This document shows, in pieces, positions 42,875 to 55,588 of a stretch of 64,000 nucleotides of DNA. Source of the DNA: an uncultured Planctomycetota bacterium (GTDB lineage: Bacteria > Planctomycetota > Planctomycetia > Isosphaerales > Isosphaeraceae); NCBI GenBank assembly GCA_963845755.1, contig CAWJTV010000027.1, positions 224,001 to 288,000 of the forward strand, read 5' to 3'. Each line of letters begins with the position of its first letter. Within the stretch, counting starts at the first letter, position 1. The translations under genes were made by a program, and so were the position numbers. The notes under the pieces were generated by a model that was not told the DNA's origin, did not search any database, and was given only the letters and a program-made list of their open reading frames with translations.

Positions 42875-42963
42875 TGCCGGGATCCGGGATTGGGCTGCGG
42901 CACTCAGGATCTTCGATCCGGAATCCGGGATCGCGAAACCGGAATCCCACAGATGGAGCGACG

Positions 42964-43518
42964 ATGTCCAGCGACTTCAATCCCAAATCCCAGATCCCAA
43001 ATCCAAGAACCGAAGAGACGAGGGTCGTGGGGATCGACCCGGGGCTGAACGTTACCGGCTATGCGGTGGTCGAACCCTCGTCGCGCGGGGCATTCGTGGT
43101 CGAGGCAGGGGTGATCCGGCCGGGGTCCGGATGCCGGGCCATGGGCGAGCGGCTCGCCTGGATCCATCGGGGGATCGTCGAGGTGCTCGACGCGTTCCCG
43201 CCCGCGGCCGTCGCGCTGGAGCAGGTCCACAGCCATGTGAAGCATCCGCGCACGGCGATCCTGATGGCCCACGCGCGCGGGGTGATCGTGCTGGCCGCGG
43301 CGCAGCGCAATACGCCGGTCGTCGGCTACGCCGCCACGCGGATCAAGAAGACCCTCACCGGCAGCGGACGCGCCCCGAAGTCGCAGGTCCAGCACGCGAT
43401 CATGGCCGAGCTTGGCCTCGACCGGCTCCCCGAGCCCAACGACGTCGCCGATGCCTGCGCGGTGGCCCTCTGCCACTTCCACATCAGCCGGAACCAGCGA
43501 CTGTTGAAGGATATCTAA
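42964..43518 (+). CDS. ruvC: Holliday junction resolvase
   Basis: VGIDPGLNVTGY, HARGV, IKKTLTGSGRAPK, DVADACAVALCH. Confidence 0.95.
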   Translation: MSSDFNPKSQIPNPRTEETRVVGIDPGLNVTGYAVVEPSSRGAFVVEAGVIRPGSGCRAMGERLAWIHRGIVEVLDAFPPAAVALEQVHSHVKHPRTAILMAHARGVIVLAAAQRNTPVVGYAATRIKKTLTGSGRAPKSQVQHAIMAELGLDRLPEPNDVADACAVALCHFHISRNQRLLKDI

Positions 43519-43699
43519 TAGTACCGGGCGACGGTAACCTCGATCAGACACCCAGGCCCAAGGTCCGTCGGGAGCGTCGTGATTCCGGGTTCGGTGGCAA
43601 TGACGAGATCCCGCTTGCCTTGACCGCTCGCATCCTCGACGATTGAGGCCGTTCACGGGCGATCGCCGAACCCTCAATCCGTCACGAGGAGGAATCACG

Positions 43700-45851
43700 A
43701 TGTTGCGCGCGAGCTTGCTGGTCGGCGTGATCCTGGCCATTGCCTCGGCCGCCGGCGCGGTCGAGGATCCGCCCAAGTCCCTGGACTTGCGAGTGCTGAA
43801 GTTGGGAGGAGACGCCCGGAATCCGCCTGCACACGAGATGCTCCATCGCTATCTCCTCGACCAGGCGCGCGGGCAATTCGACGCTCGGCGCAAGGCGATC
43901 GCCGCGATCAAGACACCCGAGGACATTGCCAAGCGGCAGAAGGCGATGCGGGCATTCTTCCTCCAATCGCTGGGCGACCTGCCCGAACGCACGCCGTTGA
44001 ACGCGCGCGTCGTCGGGACACTTCGGAAGGACGGCTACCGCGTCGAGAAGATCCTCTTCGAGGGCCGGCCGGCCCATCACGTGACGGCCAACCTCTACCT
44101 GCCCGAGGGGAATCCGCCGTTCCCCGGCATCCTGCTGCCCTGCGGCCACAGCGACGACGGCAAGGCCTATGAAGGTTATCAGCGCGCGTGTATCTTGCTG
44201 GCGAAGAACGGGATGGCGGTCCTCTGTTATGACCCGATCGGCCAGGGCGAGCGATTCCAGCGCCTCGATGCGCAGGGCAAGCCGGTGATCCGCGGCACGA
44301 CCGAGCACACCATGGCCGGGATCGGGGCGCTCTTGATCGGCCGGCAGTTGGCGAGCTATCGGATCTGGGACGGCCTGCGCACTCGACTACCTCGCGAGCC
44401 GGCCCGAGATCGATCCCCACCGCCTGGGCTGCACCGGCAACTCGGGGGGCGGCACCATGACATCCTACCTCATGGCGCTCGACGACCGGATCGCCGTGGC
44501 CGCGCCGTCGTGTTTCATCACCTCGCTGGAGCGGCTCTTCGCCACGATCGGCCCGCAGGACGCCGAGCAAAACATCACCGGCCAGGTCGCCGCCGGCCTG
44601 GATCACGCCGATTACATCACCCTCCACGCGCCGAAGCCGACCCTCCTCACGGTCGGCACCCGCGACTTCTTCGATATCCAGGGGAGCTGGGACACGTTCC
44701 GCGAGGTCAAGCTGATCTTCGGACGACTCGGCCACGGCGAACGCGTCGACCTGTTCGAGTCGGATGAGGAACACGGCTTTACGCGCCCCCGGCGCATCGC
44801 CACGGCCCGATGGATGAAACGCTGGCTCTTGAAGCAGGACGAGGCCGTCGATGAGCCCGATTTCCCGATCGCCACCGACGCCGAATTGCAATGCACCCGG
44901 ACCGGCCAGGTCCTCACCGAGTTCAAAGACAAGTCGGTGTTTGATCTGAACGTCGAGTATGCCGGCTTGCTGCGGTCGCTACGGCCGTTCGCCAATGCCC
45001 AGTTATCGGCCACCGAGTTCCGCCGATCTGTCCAGGAGCGGCTGGGCCTGGCGAACCGCCGCATCGCGCCGGCCAAGCCGCGATCCGTGGGGAAGATCTC
45101 CCGACCGGGCTTCACCGTCGAAAAGCTGATCTTCGAGACCGAGCCGGGGATCGTCATCCCGGCGCTCGACATCACCGCGGCCCAGCCCAGTCAGCAGGCG
45201 ACGCCCGTCGTGAAGGTCGGCGTGGACTGGAATCGAGAGCTGACGTCCGACGCGGCGATCGAAGACCTGCTGCGGAACGCCGGGCGGATCCTGCTCGTAA
45301 ATCCCCGGGGGATGGGCGAGACCGATCCCGGCGCCGGGGCCCAGCGGCGCGAGTCGCCGTTCGGACGCGACGTGAAGGAAGCATTCCTGACGATCCATCT
45401 CGCCCGGCCCTTGCTGGGCCAGCGCGCGGCCGACATCCTGGCCGTGCTGGATGGCCTGAAGGCCGGCTCCGGCCCGAATTCCGGGTTCACGCTGATGGGC
45501 GCCGGGGCGGCCGGCCCGATCGTGCTCCACGCCGCCTTGCTCGACGAACGGGGCCTGGTCAAGGACGTCGTGCTGGAGCGGTCGCTCGTCTCCTGGGAGG
45601 ACGTCGTCACGAAGGGTATCAGCCGCGATCAACTCGGCAACGTCGTCCCCGGCGTACTCCAGGGATACGACCTGCCCGACCTCGCCGCCCGGCTGGCGCC
45701 GCGCCCCTTGCGAATCGAATCGCCGGTCGATGCGATGGGTCAGCCAATCTCCGCACCGACGATGCAACGTGCCTACTCGGCATGCATCAAGGCTTACCGT
45801 TCGTCGAACGGGCTCGAGCTGCGGGCCGGTCGATCCACGGGATCGAGGTGA
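43700..45851 (+). CDS. Secreted alpha/beta hydrolase (acetylxylan-esterase-like); frameshift near 44380
   Basis: YRVEK..VTANLYLP, PCGH, DPIGQGER, GNSGGG, QDAEQN. Confidence 0.82.
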
Positions 45852-46207
45852 CCCGGCCGACGTAGGTGTTGAGGACCCATGCCGTCGGTTCGTTACTTTC
45901 AGAGTGAACCAGAGCGGTTCACCCGGTGCGGTGGACATCTTTTTTCGAACCAGTCGACCGCCACACCGGCGAGGGAGTCGATCATCGCAACCGCACTTCT
46001 TTATTTTGCGTTTTGTAGAACATTTTAAGCCATCAATAACGTCGCTTCCCGGTTTCTTGTTGCGAAAATGAGGCATTAATAAAGATCAAACCGGTCAAAA
46101 AATGCGGGTGCTTTCTGAAAAGACGGGGATTCTCGTCGGCCCGGCGAGTGTGGCTTCAAGACAAGACCGAAGGAGGCGAAAAGCCCGATCTGGTTGCGTT
46201 TCCCGAA

Positions 46208-46264
46208 CCCCGCAGGCGCGACATCACGCCACGCCGAACCGGCGGTGATGTCGCCTCTGCGGGG
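46208..46264. repeat. Long imperfect inverted repeat
   Basis: CCCCGCAG..GCGACATCAC / GTGATGTCGC..CTGCGGGG. Confidence 0.65.
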
Positions 46265-46675
46265 CTTTTCGGCAGGGAGGAAGTTGGTCCTGGGGTTATC
46301 AGCCGGGGTTTGCGATGGTGGGTTGCAGCCGCCCTACGAAGCTCAAAACCGGACTTCTCAAACAGGGGCTTACCGAATCCAGACGATTTTTGTCCGCAAC
46401 CTATTGTTTGGAATTCGCTGTCTTGAAAAACGATTCGTGTATGAGCGATAATCGCGGCGATCCAGGAGGAGACTTTCGGCACCGGGTCGCTGTCGCTCGG
46501 AAATTGAGGCCGTACGCCCTGGTTTTTTGCGAAATCGGTTTGACGCCGAAAGTGGATGCTTGTTTGGGTCTACAGCGGACCTCGTGCGGGTCCAGCGGGT
46601 GATCGGGACGATCAGAGCCCAGGTTTGAGTCACCTGACCGAGCTGCAATCACCTTCCTCGGAGTCGTATCGAGAA

Positions 46676-47696
46676 ATGCTCGATTACGCAATGCGCCTGG
46701 GTGGGGCTCTGCTATTCCGCGCCAGCCGGCGTACGGCCTGGAACCGTCGATGGCTGGCTGGGGGCACCACGGGCCTTCGGATCCTCACCTTTCACGAGGT
46801 GGGCGGCCGGCAATTCTCGCCATTCCGGCGGCTCATCGACTGGTGCCGGGATCGCTTCGAGGTGGGCGTGCCGGAGGACTGCGACGCCCTGCTTGAGGGC
46901 AGAATGGTTCCGGGGGCCCGCGACAAGTTTCTCGCGACGTTCGACGACGGCTTGAGGAGTCACTATACCGCTGCGGAATGGCTCGCCGACCAAGGGATCC
47001 GCGCCAGCTTCTTCATCGTCCCCTCCTGGCTTGACCGAAGCGTCGGCGAGTACTTGTCCCACCATAGACATCATGGGGTCACGGCGTTCGAATTCGATTC
47101 TTCCGCGCGGTCGCTCGCCTCGACGCAGGTCCGCGAGATCGCGGCGATGGGGCATCGGATCTGCGCTCACAACGATGCCCACCGAAGCCTGGCCGACCTG
47201 AGGACCAGAGCCGACCTGGATTACGAGATTTCGCAGGCGGTGGAGGCGGTGGAGCGGCTCACGGGTCGCGCCTTGCCACGACTTCGCGTTTGCGTTCGGG
47301 CAGCCGGACAACCTGTCCGACGAGGCAACAGAGTTCCTCCTCCGAAAATGCAAACGTGTCTACTCTTGCGTCCGGGGTCTGAACGTTCCGGGGCGGACGC
47401 CTCGTTTTCTGCTTCGAGGCCACATCGTCTTCGAGTATCCCGGCACCTTCACCCGGCTTTGTGTCGAGGGGGGAGCGGACCACTTGATGACGCCGCGACA
47501 TACCTGGTTGGTCGATCGGACCGGCCTCCTTCCCCCAAGTCGCAACGGTGTCATCGGCGAGGCCCCAGCCACGATGCGAAGCCGCGAGTCGGTGCGATCC
47601 CCAGAGACCGGGTGTGCCGAGAGCCGGTCGCCAAACGAGCCAACCTCGATCAGAGACCGATCCGACGACCAATTCGCGGCCGGCCCGGACGCTTGA
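46676..47696 (+). CDS. Polysaccharide deacetylase; frameshift near 47270
   Basis: ILTFH, TFDDG, ASFFIV, GHRICAHNDAH, FAFAFG. Confidence 0.85.
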
Positions 47697-47715
47697 ACTG
47701 GGAGGACATGATCCG

Positions 47716-49002
47716 ATGGCTTTGCATGGCCTCCGCATCCTTCTTGATCTGATCGTTCTTGGCTCTCTCGCGTTGACGCTGATCCTCATTCCACCGTTCA
47801 TCTACCTTGCCGTGATTACGGTTGCGGCGCTGCTGGGGCGGCGTGTGATGAAGGGGCCGCTCAGAGGCCCCACCGATCCCATGCGGATCACTTTCGTGAT
47901 TCCCGCCCATAACGAGGAGGCCGGCATCGGCGCCACCATCGCGAGCTGTCGCGAGGTGGACTACCCCAAGGACCAGTTCCGCGTCGTCGTCATTGCTGAC
48001 AATTGCGCCGACCAGACGGCCGAGGCGGCCCGCCTTGCCGGCGCCGAGGTCTTGGAGCGGACTGACCCGGACCATCGCGGCAAGGGCTACGCCCTCAAGC
48101 ACTTCTTCCTGGCCGATCCTCCGGACGACCCCGGCGCGGGGTACGATGCGGTGGTCATTGTCGATGCGGACTCCCAGGTGGATCGGACGATCCTCACCGC
48201 CTTTACGGGGCGGCTTGCCAGTGGACAGGACTGGCTCCAGTGCATGAATACCGTGGGGAACCCGCATGAATCCTGGCGAACCCAATTGCTGACCATCAGC
48301 TTCGACCTGCATAACGGAATCCAACTCCTCGGGCAGGACCTGTTGCGCCTGAGCGTCGGTCTCAGGGGCAACGGAATGTGCCTGTCCCGCCGCGGGCTGG
48401 CCCGGCACTCGTGGAACGCATACGGCCTGACCGAAGACTTCGAGTTCTCGTGGATGCTTCGCGCCAGGGGCGAGCGGGTCCGCTTCGTCCCTGAAGCCCG
48501 GGTCGTCAGCGATATGATCAGCGATGATGCTCCTGCCGCAAAGGTGCAGAGGCAGCGTTGGGAAATCGGTCGTCTCTCGATGCGAAGGAAGTTCGTCCGT
48601 TCCCTGATCGTGTCGGATCGCCTGACGATCTTCCAGAAGTTGATGTACTTGCTGGACCTGTTTTCCCCATCTCTTGTAATCTTGATGCTCGACTTGCTGC
48701 TCGCGGGAAGTGTGGGCCTGATCCGAACAGGCGATTCCGTCTTCGGAGTCATCGTGCCGTGGTTGCTTCTCATACAGGGACTCATGGCCGCTTTGCTCCT
48801 GCTCTATGTACTCAGCCCCATGGTTGTGATGGGACTCTCGGGCCGTTTCCTGTGGAGTCTGCTCCATCTGCCCCAGTACGCACTCTGGAAGCTGATCGCG
48901 ATGCTGGACCCGAGACCGTCGGGATGGGTGCCGACCCCGCGCCAATCGAGCAAGGGTCCCAGGGTCGAGCCAAGGCTCCCTTGTTCCGGGGGCGAGTTGT
49001 GA
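47716..49002 (+). CDS. GT2 family processive-type glycosyltransferase
   Basis: VIPAHNEE, ADNC, GKGYAL, DADS, TED, QRQRW; TM helices. Confidence 0.93.
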   Translation: MALHGLRILLDLIVLGSLALTLILIPPFIYLAVITVAALLGRRVMKGPLRGPTDPMRITFVIPAHNEEAGIGATIASCREVDYPKDQFRVVVIADNCADQTAEAARLAGAEVLERTDPDHRGKGYALKHFFLADPPDDPGAGYDAVVIVDADSQVDRTILTAFTGRLASGQDWLQCMNTVGNPHESWRTQLLTISFDLHNGIQLLGQDLLRLSVGLRGNGMCLSRRGLARHSWNAYGLTEDFEFSWMLRARGERVRFVPEARVVSDMISDDAPAAKVQRQRWEIGRLSMRRKFVRSLIVSDRLTIFQKLMYLLDLFSPSLVILMLDLLLAGSVGLIRTGDSVFGVIVPWLLLIQGLMAALLLLYVLSPMVVMGLSGRFLWSLLHLPQYALWKLIAMLDPRPSGWVPTPRQSSKGPRVEPRLPCSGGEL

Positions 49003-49266
49003 GGCCGCTCGGAATCGTCGGGCCAACGATGATCGGAGTGAGCGACTTGGCCTCGGACTGGAGCCGGGGGGCCGGCTCGGATGGTCATAACCTTCGTAGG
49101 ACCTCTCACCGGCGAAGGTACAAGGTCCTCCTGAAAGGACGATCTCGAATCCAGGTCAGGACAACCTGGCAGCCAGTCCTCGAAGAGCCGGTCCCATTGC
49201 GGATTTCGAACCGCTGTGCGGAACCGCGATTCCGCGTTGATACCCGCGGGGGAACCAAGTTCAGCC

Positions 49267-50489
49267 ATGCTTGTACTTAGCTTGCTCGAGCCTGAAGAAG
49301 CGATCCGCGATGCCGAATTGCGAAGACAGTGGGAGCTCTCCCTGGGTCTTGTCAATCCCTTGAACCGGATCTTCGCCTCACCGGACTGGTTCTTCCACCG
49401 TTGGCGAGTCTTTCATCGAGGGAACCGTCTCGCGATCCTGCGGGACGGCGAACACCGGGTGATCGGCATCTGTCCCCTCGATTTCTATCCCGTCACATTG
49501 AACTACGGGGTGAGGAAGTGGATCTTCCGTACGATCGCGTTCCCGGCCGCAGTGCTCATGGGGGGCGAACCGATGCTGGCCGCCGAGCCGGCACTGTACC
49601 GTGCGCTGTTCGATGGCCTCTTCAAAGAATTGAAAGGGTGCGGCTGCATCACCCTCGAGTCCTCGCCGCTGGAGAGCATGACCTGGAAGTATTTCCAGGG
49701 GCCAGGCGGTCGCAGCCGGAACTATTACACCTATGACCCGATTGGGGAGCGGCGGACCTGGTATTATATTGAACTCGGTCAGGACTTTGATCGGTACCTC
49801 GAGTCTCTGCCTTCCAAGTCACGAACCAACATCAAGAACAAGGAGCGCAAATTCCGTAAGAATAGTCCGGCGCGATCGCATGTCAGCAGGTACGGACCGA
49901 GGACCAGGTTGACCGCTTCTACGAATCCGCATGCCAGATCGCCGAACGATCGTGGCGACATCGAGAATTCGGCCGGGAATTCGGCCATCCCGCGCTGGTC
50001 CTCGACTCACTCAGAGACCTGGCTCGCTGCAACCTGCTCCGAGCGTACTTGTTAACGTGCGGCGGGGAGCCGCTGGCCTACGTCGTCGGCTACCAGTTCC
50101 AGGGCGTTTACGAATATGCCGAGACGGCGTATGTGGAAGACTTCGGTTCGCTCGGGCCCGGAACGTTCTTGCTCTACTCCATCCTCCAGGAGCTGCACAA
50201 ATACGACGCGCCTCAGTTCTTCAACTTCGGCGCGGGTGCGGGTGACCTCAAGAGACTCTTCGCCAACCGCAGCTCGTTCGACTCGGCTGTCCTCCTGTTC
50301 CGCCGCACTCCGGCCAATCGGATGCGGAGCATGACCCATGGAGCGTTTCGTTCGGCCCTGCTGCTAGCGAGGCGTCTCCTGAAAGGCCGGCGAAGCCGGA
50401 ACTCACCACCGGATTCCAGGGCGTCCTGCGGCCCAGCCAACGGGGTAGAGAACGCGGGAGTTCCGTCGTCGAAGGGTTCCATCTCGTGA
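49267..50489 (+). CDS. GNAT (CelD/BcsL-like) acyltransferase; frameshift near 49870
   Basis: SPDW, FDRYLESLPSKSRTNIK, GPGTFLL, FNFGAG. Confidence 0.78.
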
Positions 50490-50604
50490 ACGGCTGATGT
50501 CGGGTAGATTGTGCGGAGACACGCGAAAGAACGGGATGAGGCTGGTCGCGTCGTCCCTCATCGAAGCAAAGGTTGAGCGTCCGGTCTTCACAGGGAGCAG
50601 CGCG

Positions 50605-51688
50605 ATGCCAGGTCTGGAGTTCAAGCCGATTCTTGAGGGCGATCTGCCCGAAGTCGCCCGATTCCTCAAGGCGCAACAAGAACAGGCGATGCGGGACGAC
50701 CCAACTCACTGGTATGCCACGGGCGACGATCTCAATTGGCTGCCCAAGAATCCCGATTGTCGCGAAGAGATCCCGCTGGGCGAGATGCTTCGAGCGCCGG
50801 ATGGAACGCTGCTGGGGGTGATCCTGGCCGTGCCGCGAAGTTACCGGCTAGGCGATCAGCAGCTCCTCGGCCTGGCAGGCCGGTAATTTCTTCGTCGACC
50901 GCCCCGACCGATTCAAGGCTTTTTCATGATCCGGCGGTTCCTGTCGTGCAAGGGGGTGGACTTCTGCTTCGCCAACTTCTGCCAATGCCCAGTCAGGGCC
51001 CCTTTGGGCCAAGTGTGCCGCTGCCCAGACGCCGGAGTCGGACGTCGAGTATCTGCTTCCGATCCGTCTCGGTCCGCTCCTCCAGGAAATCGCCCTCCGA
51101 AAGAACTGGCCTCGAGCCGCCGTTTCCTCACTCGGAGTCGTCGGACCGTTGGCTACGCTGCTCGCCGCTCCGCGTCGGCCGCGGACATCGCTTCCGCTTC
51201 GAGCGGTCCACGGATTGGGATCGCCTCGCCGCGATCGACGAACGAAATCGCAACCCCGACTTCCTCAACCCGTTCGCACGGTCCCTTTCTTGCATGGGCC
51301 TACAGCGAGGTGACCGATGAGTCCGCTGGCGAATCATATACGCCAGTCTATCAGTTTGCCGACAGTCAAGGCCACGAAGGTTGGTTCGCGTTGCGTTTCG
51401 GCCGACGAGGGCGAAACCGACAAATCCGCTCCACTCGGCTCGTTGATGTCGTGTGGCCGAATCAACGCATGAGCTTTATCGACGTCCTGCCCATGATCAT
51501 CGAGATCGCCGCCCCTCAGAGCGATGTCGTGAGTATCCGGGGCCAGATTATCGTTGGGGCTTCGGGAAGGGCTTTGGGATTGCGGCGCAGGCGGATTGCC
51601 CGCCGCCGAAGGTTACATTGTCGGGCGGTTCCGGCCGACCAGCGAACTCGTGGGACTGGCGGATTTCCCCTACATCGACCGTTATTGA
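50605..51688 (+). CDS. Hypothetical, possibly GNAT-like protein; several frameshifts
   Basis: EGDLPEVARFL, LNWLPKNP, LLGVILAVP..YRLG; coding-like across frames. Confidence 0.5.
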
Positions 51689-52529
51689 CCTATTCCAATG
51701 GAAACCCATTCGCGCAATCCGAGGGGCAGAGGCGGCAACTCCCGAAGTGGCGACGGAGCGCTGCCGGGTACGCAGGGCCGATGATGGAGGCGGCCTCCTC
51801 GGACAGCAGGAATCTGGCCGCTCCGACGTTGTCCGCCGGGACGCCGGGACGCCCGAATGGCGAGCGTCGAAGGATCCTTCCGGGCCGAGTCCCTTCGAGA
51901 CTGAAGTTCTGGGCCGTCCGCAAGACACCTTGCGATCCGTTAATGTCACACCCGCCGATACGTTGTCGGCACAAGAGCCGGCGATCTTCGCAGAGCGGGA
52001 CGAGAGCGGAGTTGGTGCGAACGCGGAGGAGGATCGCCCGTGGGGACGCCCGACAAGTCATTTGACCCGAGTGGGTCATTGCCTCGCTGTCATCACAACG
52101 CTACGATGATCGATGGCTTGGGCGCAGGGTAGGACGACGTGACCGGAGCGCAGACCCATTGACCAAGTCCGGAAGGCGGCATCATGCCGCCCGGTCCGAC
52201 TATCCGGAATTGGTACCAGGGCGAGAGTTCGTGACCATCCAATATCAACTCCAGGTTTAGTAACCCCGAAGTGCGGATACGCCATTTCACGCGGAACCTT
52301 GACGCAGCGGCAAGATCCTTCCTTCAGTGGAAGACGTAATCAGCCGGATGTTCTCGTAGACGGAAGCAGGTGTGGCACAAGCGTTTAGTCGCCATGCTGG
52401 GTTCCGGGTCAGGAATCCTCCGGGCCGACCGACGATGAAACCAGCACGTCTGGCTCTTGCGATCCTGCGCTCGCCTTCGCCTGATGAACCGACATTCCAC
52501 GAAATGCCCCCGGGAGTCAAGCGATCATC

Positions 52530-53747
52530 ATGAGAACCGGCGACCTGTCGCAAGTGACCCGCATCGTCGATCCCATGAACGACCCTCGGTCGATCCTCAG
52601 CGATACCCTGGGAGATCACGGCAAGGAACTCAAACCGATACGCGATACAGGCATTTCGTTGGACTTCTGGCCCGGGGTTCAACTCTATTACCCGCCCGTG
52701 AAGTTCGTGCCCAAGGTCGGAACATATGAAGATTTGGATGCGGCGAGCAAACGATTCCACAAGTACGCTCACCAGACCCCGGCGCACACCTTGATCTTCG
52801 ACCTCGAAGATGGCTGCGGCCAGAAAGAACTGAGCCGAAAGCTGCTTCGTCGCAAGCTGCCTTCGATGCCACGCAGGAACTCGGTACAGGTGGCGATCCG
52901 CATCAGCAGCTTCCGGACCGGAGAGTACGAGAAGGACATGAAGCTTGTTCGCGACTTGGCCGACTTTATCGACGTCGTCATGCTCGCCAAGGCCGGCGAA
53001 TCTTATGGGGCGGCCGAGATCCGCGACCTGTCGGCGCTCCTGTCCGGCTTCAATCATAAGATCTCCATCCAGCCGATCATCGAGCACCCGATCTCGCTCA
53101 AGATCGCCGCGGACCTCATGCAATACCCGATGGTCAAGCACGTCGTGTTCGGGATCCACGACTTTTCCAAGGCAATGGGTATTCGCATCACGCCGGAGTC
53201 CTGGACGGAGGATCTCAAGTTCTTCGTCAGTCAGTTGATCTTCGAGGCCCGGATCGCCGGCAAGGGCGTGATCGGGGGCGTCGAGACACTCATCGGGCGG
53301 GCGGTGATTCCGGAAGAGCTGGTAGAGAGCGATGAAGTCCGCCGCTGGCTCGAACTGAAGGGCGATCACGAGTCGCGCGTGGTTTTCCAACACGCCTGCT
53401 ACGAGGCATCGATGGGGCTCACCGGCAAGCAGGTGATACATCCCAATCATATTCCCATCTGTAAGCTGGCCCTAACCCCATCCCCCAAAGTCATCGCTCG
53501 CAACATCGCGATGCTCGAGGCCGCCATCAAGGCCGGCGTACTGCAGGGCGGGGCCATCAAGATCGAGAGCCAATTCGAGAGTCAAATGGTCGATCCTCCG
53601 ATGTTCGCGATGGGCGTGCAGACTCTTCTGCGCGCTCACGCTTTCCACGCACTGAGCGACGAGGACACGTCTTTCCTGGTGATGTTGCTCCAGAAGCTCC
53701 CCGCGCAGACCGTCCGCGAACATTGGCCGTACGGCGTCATCCTCTAG
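52530..53747 (+). CDS. CitE / HpcH-HpaI aldolase-citrate lyase family protein
   Basis: IFDLEDG, VMLAK, PIIE, FGIHDF, GKQVIHPNH, MVDPP. Confidence 0.85.
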   Translation: MRTGDLSQVTRIVDPMNDPRSILSDTLGDHGKELKPIRDTGISLDFWPGVQLYYPPVKFVPKVGTYEDLDAASKRFHKYAHQTPAHTLIFDLEDGCGQKELSRKLLRRKLPSMPRRNSVQVAIRISSFRTGEYEKDMKLVRDLADFIDVVMLAKAGESYGAAEIRDLSALLSGFNHKISIQPIIEHPISLKIAADLMQYPMVKHVVFGIHDFSKAMGIRITPESWTEDLKFFVSQLIFEARIAGKGVIGGVETLIGRAVIPEELVESDEVRRWLELKGDHESRVVFQHACYEASMGLTGKQVIHPNHIPICKLALTPSPKVIARNIAMLEAAIKAGVLQGGAIKIESQFESQMVDPPMFAMGVQTLLRAHAFHALSDEDTSFLVMLLQKLPAQTVREHWPYGVIL

Positions 53748-53764
53748 CGTCAGGAATCTCTGAG

Positions 53765-55511
53765 ATGAGCGACTGGAGCCTCGACGCACCTTGGCGCTGG
53801 GACATCCCCGAGCGTTTCAATATCGGGGTCGCCTGTACGGACAAGCACTTGGGAACGCCGGTGGCCGACCGTGTTGCAATGATCATCGAGGACGACGAAC
53901 ATGGGACCGTCGCGGTTGACGTATGCGGAACTTGCGTCGCGTACAAGCCGCTTCGCGCGAATTGCTGCGAAAGCTCGGTATCGCGCCCGGCGACCGGCTG
54001 CTCATCCGGCTTCCCAATTCACTCGCGTACCCGACCGCCTTCCTTGGGGGATTGAAGTGCGGCGCGATCTGCGTGCCCGACTTCGACCTGCTCGCCGCCA
54101 GATGAGGTCGAATACATCGCCACGAGACTCGGTGCCATCGCGTTGGTCATCGACAAGACCGCCTGGCGCCAGTTCGCTCCGCGACTCGCGCAACGGACGA
54201 CTCTCGAGCATGTCCTGCTGGTAGGGAGCGGCGAAATCGTCGGCGGCGGCCGGGATCAGGACTCATGATCTCGAGCACGCACTGGCATCCATCGAAAGCT
54301 GGTCGGCGCCCTATGCCACCGCCGCCGATGATCCGGCGTATCTGGTCTACACTTCGGGTACGACCAGCTATCCCAAAGGCGTGCTGCACGCGCACCGCGG
54401 CGCTACTCGGCCGCACTCCGGCTGCAAGATACTGGTTCGATTTCCATCCCGACGGCGACCGGATCGTTCACTGCGGCAAGTTCAATTGGACCTACGTCCT
54501 GGGCACGGCGATGATGGATCCGTTTTACTGGGGCAAGACCGTCATTGGCCTTTGAAGGCAAGAACGACGCGCGGATCTGGCCCAGGCTCATCGCCAAGCA
54601 CGACGCAACCATCTTCATCGGCGTGCCGACGGTATTCCGCCAGATCCTTCAGAAGACCGAATATCGCGCGCGAGGATGTACCTACCCTGCGTCACTGCAT
54701 GAGTGCAGGCGAACATCTGAGTCGAGGAAGTCCTGACGGAGTGGCAAGACCGCTTCGGAATGGGAATCTACGAAGCGGTGGGAATGACCGAATTCTCGTA
54801 CTATCTGTCCCAGAGCACGTTTCGGCCGATTCGGCCCGGTAGTGCGGGCTCTCCACAACCCGGTCATGAGATCCAATTGTTGAACCCGGAGACCCTCGAG
54901 AAAGTACCCCCTCACGAGGCGGGGATGATCTGCGTTCCCGAGAACGATCCGGGACTGTTCCTGCGGCTACTGGAACTTGCCCGAGGAGACGGCGCGGCTG
55001 CGACGCGATGGTTGGTTCCTCACCGGCGACTACGCTCGCTACGACGCCGATGGCTACATCTGGTTCCTCGGCCGCAAGGACGACCTCATCAATAGCTTCG
55101 GTTATCGAGTCTCCCCGTACGAGGTCGAGCGCGTCTTCAAATCCCACCACGCAGTTGCCGATTGTGCCTGTGTCGGCGAAGCGCACGGCGCGGACAAGAT
55201 CTTCGTTGTCGCCTATGTCATCCTTCAGCCCGGCAGCGCGGTGACTCCCGATGATGTACTCGCCTTTGGCCGCAAGAAGCTGGCAAAGTACAAGTCGCCG
55301 AAGATCGTCTATTTCGCGCAACGAGTTTCCCCGCACGAAGAATGGAAAGATCCTGCGTCGGCAGATTACACCCTGCATGGCGATCGCACGATCCCGCGTC
55401 GGTTCCATCGGTAACGGCGACATCTCGGCGGGGCCGCCTTCACCCGATGAGGACTGTGCCCGCATCGAGAGCATGGGTACTCCCGAGACCACTCTTCCGC
55501 GGATTCCTTGA
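53765..55511 (+). CDS. Acyl-CoA synthetase (AMP-forming); several frameshifts
   Basis: IPERFNIG, YTSGTT..PKG, IYEAVGMTE, TGD, GRKDD, EVE, PRTKNGK. Confidence 0.85.
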
Positions 55512-55588
55512 CGGTCAACACCATCGGTCGGCTTCAGGGTCCTGGCTTTGGAGATGTCCCGGCACTGGCACAAGAAGAGGAAAAGGTC

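Noticed and set aside
51690..52529. ncRNA or riboswitch upstream of the CitE-like gene
   Set aside because: Only a weak stem (TGCTGG/CCAGCA near 52395-52447) and no recognisable family motif; needs an Rfam search
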